From: Rickettsiaceae bacterium
Lineage (GTDB): Bacteria > Pseudomonadota > Alphaproteobacteria > Rickettsiales > UBA1997
Assembly (NCBI GenBank): GCA_021323225.1
Contig: JAJTCH010000001.1
Location: 689,120-753,119, forward strand
Reading direction: 5' to 3'
DNA length: 64,000 nucleotides
Part shown: piece after piece, positions 60,599 through 64,000 of the stretch
How the letters are laid out: every line of letters starts with the position of its first letter
Position numbering within the stretch: the first letter of the stretch is position 1
Notes under the pieces: generated by a model
What the model was told of the DNA's origin: nothing
Database searches by the model: none
What the model saw: only the letters and a program-made list of their open reading frames with translations
Position numbers and translations under genes: made by a program

Positions 60599-62707
60599 GT
60601 GAATCACCAAATCTTTCACAATCTTCAAGAACTGCCTTTTGTTGGTGAAAAGCTGGCACAGGTTTTGTCGCGTATGGTTAATGGTGATAGAATTGTTGAT
60701 TTGCTTTATCACCAACCAAGCAATGTTCTTCAAAAAAGATTCCTGCCACCTTTATACGAAATCAGAAGCAAGGAAATCATCATTACTAAAGTAAAAGTTG
60801 AATCTCATCTACAACCAGCCAGAAAAAGCCAACCAACGCGTATCATTTGCTTTTCTCCAACCGGATATTTGACTTTGGTATTTTTCAAAACTTTTCCAGG
60901 TTATATAGAAAAAAATTTTCCCATCGGTGCAGAAATTGTAGTTAGTGGAACTGCAGAACGGTTTAATGACGAGTTGCAAATGGTCCACCCGGATTATGTT
61001 TTTCCTGCATCGGCAATTGATAAAATTCCTAAAATTGAAGTTATTTATCCGTCGATTAATAACATCAACCAAAAATTTATCAGGAGCAAAATTGCTTCAG
61101 CGCTGGAAAAAATTGATCCAAAAAAATTTGGAGAATTTCCGGAATGGATTAACAAAAATCTACTCAAACAACAAAACTGGCCAGCATGGAATCAGGCAAT
61201 TTTTAATCTTCATAATCCAAACAATAGCGAGGCTTCGGGCCCAAATAATTTATCCAGAAAAAGACTGGTTTTTGATGAGCTTTTTGCTTCGCAAATTGCC
61301 AATTTAATTGCCAAAAAACATCTCAAAAATAAAAGCGGGACAATGCTAAAACCCACTAATATTTTGCGGGAAAAATTGATCGCTTCGCTGCCTTTTCAAC
61401 TAACCAAAGGCCAGAAGAAAGTTCTTGCAGAAATTGACGGTGATTTATCAGAAAACAAAAAAATGTTGCGACTTTTGCAAGGTGATGTTGGAAGTGGCAA
61501 AACTGTTTTGGCGCTTTTAGCCATGTTGCTTGCGGTTGAAAATAAAAAACAGGCGGCAATTATTTGCCCAATCACTTTGCTTGCCATTCAACATCACAAA
61601 AATTTCCAGATTTTTGCTGAAAAACTTGGTATAAAAATCGCCATTTTGACTTCCAAAACCACCAAGAAAAATAAAGAGAAAATTCTTGATGATTTAAAAG
61701 AAGGCGAAATTGATATTTTAGTTGGCACCCATGCTTTGCTGGAGCCGGATGTTATTTTTAAAGATCTGGCGCTAATTGTAATTGACGAACAACACCGTTT
61801 TGGCGTTGCTCAAAGAATGCGTTTGGTAGAAAAAGGCAATAATGCCAATATTTTGCTGATGAGCGCCACGCCGATTCCGCGCAGCCTGATGATGACTTTT
61901 TACGGCGATATGGATATTTCAATTTTAGATGAAAAGCCAAAAAACCGCACAGCAATTGACACCAGAGTTATTTCGCAAAATAAAGACCAGGAAATTTTGC
62001 AATCGATTTCCCATTCTTTAGAAAATGGTGAAAAAATTTATTGGATTTGTCCGCTGATTGAAAAGGCAGAAATTGAAGATGAAGAAAATTTATCCGATAC
62101 CGATTTAAGCAATGTCACCCATAGATTTGAAGAATTCCAAAAAAAATTCGGTGTAGAAAAAGTTGGGATAATTCACGGCAAAATGAAGGAAAAAGAGAAA
62201 GATCAAATAATGAATGAATTTGTTAGCGGAGACTTGCAAATTCTGGTAGCAACAACTGTCATTGAAGTTGGAATTGATGTTTCAGACGCCACAATAATCG
62301 TCATCGAAAATTGCGAAAATTTTGGCCTGTCCCAACTCCACCAACTTCGCGGCCGCGTTGGCAGAGGCGATAAAAAATCCTACTGCCTGCTGCTTTACGG
62401 CAAAAAAATTAGCCATAACGGCAAAAAACGATTGGAAATTATGAAAAACAGCAATGACGGTTTTTTCATCGCCGAAGAAGATCTAAAACTCCGCGGCAGC
62501 GGCGAGATGATTGGCACCAAACAAAGCGGCCTGCCGGAATATAAAATTGCCAATTTGGATTATGATTTGGAACTGCTAGGCATCGCCAATCGCCATGCCC
62601 AATTCACGCTGGAAAACGCAAATGGCAAGATTGATAAAGAGGCACTAAGGATCTTGCTGGGAATTTTTGGCTATGATGAGTGTTTAAAATTAGTTTTTGG
62701 TGGGTAG
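60599..62707 (+). CDS. recG: ATP-dependent DNA helicase RecG (GTG start at 60599 proposed)
   Basis: LPFVGEKLAQVL wedge-domain start, GDVGSGKT, DEQHRFG, SATPIPR, QLRGRVGRG. The ORF-track start at 60455 (TTG) lies inside the repeat. Confidence 0.85.
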   Translation: MNHQIFHNLQELPFVGEKLAQVLSRMVNGDRIVDLLYHQPSNVLQKRFLPPLYEIRSKEIIITKVKVESHLQPARKSQPTRIICFSPTGYLTLVFFKTFPGYIEKNFPIGAEIVVSGTAERFNDELQMVHPDYVFPASAIDKIPKIEVIYPSINNINQKFIRSKIASALEKIDPKKFGEFPEWINKNLLKQQNWPAWNQAIFNLHNPNNSEASGPNNLSRKRLVFDELFASQIANLIAKKHLKNKSGTMLKPTNILREKLIASLPFQLTKGQKKVLAEIDGDLSENKKMLRLLQGDVGSGKTVLALLAMLLAVENKKQAAIICPITLLAIQHHKNFQIFAEKLGIKIAILTSKTTKKNKEKILDDLKEGEIDILVGTHALLEPDVIFKDLALIVIDEQHRFGVAQRMRLVEKGNNANILLMSATPIPRSLMMTFYGDMDISILDEKPKNRTAIDTRVISQNKDQEILQSISHSLENGEKIYWICPLIEKAEIEDEENLSDTDLSNVTHRFEEFQKKFGVEKVGIIHGKMKEKEKDQIMNEFVSGDLQILVATTVIEVGIDVSDATIIVIENCENFGLSQLHQLRGRVGRGDKKSYCLLLYGKKISHNGKKRLEIMKNSNDGFFIAEEDLKLRGSGEMIGTKQSGLPEYKIANLDYDLELLGIANRHAQFTLENANGKIDKEALRILLGIFGYDECLKLVFGG

Positions 62708-62760
62708 ATTCTTAGCTTATTTTTCCATATTTGATAAATATTAGAACTGCATAATCTTTT

Positions 62761-62874
62761 CTGGATTGCCACGTTGCTGGCTGCGCACGCTCCTCGCAAT
62801 GACGGCGTTAAAGATTTATGCGCTAAAACTTCCCGCATCGTCATTGCGAGGAGCAAAGCGACGCGGCAATCCAG
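62761..62874 (+). repeat. RPE-like palindromic repeat element, copy D (full length)
   Basis: Arms are near-identical to copy A over most of their length; the centre differs at several positions. Confidence 0.75.
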
Positions 62875-62901
62875 AAGGAACAACAAAGCAAAACTAAAAC
62901 C

Positions 62902-63693
62902 ATGAACAACAAAAAAATCGGCATCATCTCCAGCTCCAATAAACAGGCAATTGTTAGAAAAAAGCAGCTAATAAAAAAATATAATTTAATCGATCTAGGG
63001 TCAAAAAAATCCGCCAAGCTTTCCGAAATGGATTTAATCATCGCCCTTGGCGGTGACGGGCTGATGCTGCATTTGTTGCATTTGATCCAACAAAACCCGG
63101 TACCAGTTTATGGCATAAATTTCGGCACAATCGGCTTTTTGATGAATTCAGATTGCGGGAATAATAATTTGCTAAATATCATCTCCAAGGCCGAGCCTAG
63201 CGTGTTAAAACCATTAAAAATGACCGCTACCGATACCAATAACAAAAAGCATCAATTATTAGCAATCAACGAAGTTTCTCTTTTAAGACAAACAAACCAG
63301 GCCGCACAAATCAAAATCACCATCAATAATAAAGCCAGAATTGAAAGCCTATCCGCCGACGGCGTTTTAGTTGCCACCTCTGCCGGAAGCACCGCCTACA
63401 ATCTTTCAGTTCGCGGCCCCATAATCCCCTTCGGCACCGAAGTCGTCGCCCTCACCCCCATCAGCCCATTTCGCCCCCGTAACTGGCGCGGCGCCCTACT
63501 TCCCGCTAATTCAAAAATCAAATTCACAATATTAGACCACAAAAAACGCCCAGTCAGCGCCACAGCGGATTATAACGAAGCGAGAAATGTAAAAGAGGTA
63601 GAAATATCGGAAGATCAGAATAAGGAATTTACTATCTTATTTGATGCCAATCATTCGCTGGAAGAGAGGATTATTAGGGAGCAGTTTTTATAA
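62902..63693 (+). CDS. nadK: NAD kinase
   Basis: GGDGLMLH, GINFGTIGFL, ATSAGSTAYNLS. Confidence 0.85.
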   Translation: MNNKKIGIISSSNKQAIVRKKQLIKKYNLIDLGSKKSAKLSEMDLIIALGGDGLMLHLLHLIQQNPVPVYGINFGTIGFLMNSDCGNNNLLNIISKAEPSVLKPLKMTATDTNNKKHQLLAINEVSLLRQTNQAAQIKITINNKARIESLSADGVLVATSAGSTAYNLSVRGPIIPFGTEVVALTPISPFRPRNWRGALLPANSKIKFTILDHKKRPVSATADYNEARNVKEVEISEDQNKEFTILFDANHSLEERIIREQFL

Positions 63694-63698
63694 TACTT

Positions 63699-64000
63699 AT
63701 GGAAGAATTTTTTAAGAACTATCAGCACACTTTTGCAGCTATTGGATCTATTGGAACAATGCTTGCAGTCTTTATTTCTTTAGCTGCATCATCTGTTGCC
63801 ATCTTTTTAGCATTCAATAAATTCAGACCGAAAGTAAAGTTAACAGCCGAAATAATGTCAAATTATGATATTATTAACTCGGAAGAAATTTTGGAAAAGG
63901 CTATAAATAATAACATTGGATTCTTTATCAAAAATGTAGGCGCATTTCCAATTGTATCAGGAATTATTTCTTTAAAAGCTAACTTTGCTGGAGATGCTAT
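63699..64000 (+). CDS. hypothetical membrane-anchored protein, 5' partial (runs off the window)
   Basis: My own translation from the ATG at 63699 has no stop through 64000. One TM-like segment (IGSIGTMLAVFISLAASSVAIFLAF). Confidence 0.4.
   Translation, partial: MEEFFKNYQHTFAAIGSIGTMLAVFISLAASSVAIFLAFNKFRPKVKLTAEIMSNYDIINSEEILEKAINNNIGFFIKNVGAFPIVSGIISLKANFAGDA

Noticed and set aside
62671-63041. Minus-strand ORFs 62671-62886 and 62841-63041 near repeat copy D.
   Set aside because: They are translations of the repeat and of the antisense nadK 5' end, with no independent support.

Overview
This is a chromosomal window from a visibly AT-rich alphaproteobacterium (GC content not computed). It shows Rickettsiales/Holosporales-like hallmarks: a 23S-5S rRNA pair with no 16S or spacer tRNAs upstream, and four copies (three full, one truncated) of a ~114-bp RPE-like palindromic repeat. 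It also has a type-2 ValRS, an isolated VirD4 coupling protein and an ankyrin-repeat protein. Housekeeping operons are broken into singletons (nuoF/nuoD, hisH/hisF, grpE/dnaK without dnaJ). I call about 60 CDS, 2 tRNAs, and 5S and 23S rRNA. The CDS are almost all housekeeping: F0 ATP synthase, ribosomal proteins L20/L35/L21/L27/L36, DnaK, ValRS, IlvBH, IspDF, HemCD, and the RecQ/RecG/PriA/Pif1-like helicases. I saw no CRISPR array, transposase, integrase or phage gene, and no convincing multi-gene novel defence or secretion island. Five things deserve a second look. (1) A mazE/mazF homologue pair sits head-to-head across a 263-bp spacer holding a perfect (TATTTCCC)x12 array, G-quadruplex-capable on the mazE strand, followed by (ATATATTT)x4. 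(2) The 23S rRNA gene lacks two universally conserved blocks, one covering part of the peptidyl-transferase ring. (3) The RPE-like repeats lie just upstream of queA, recG and nadK and are open in-frame into two of them. (4) A 162-bp nested palindrome lies between cytochrome b561 and smpB. (5) There are several orphan host-interaction-type genes: VirD4, the ankyrin protein, a 594-aa TPR/acidic protein and a prepilin-LamG protein. All functional calls rest on motif recognition by eye and recalled family knowledge; no searches were run.
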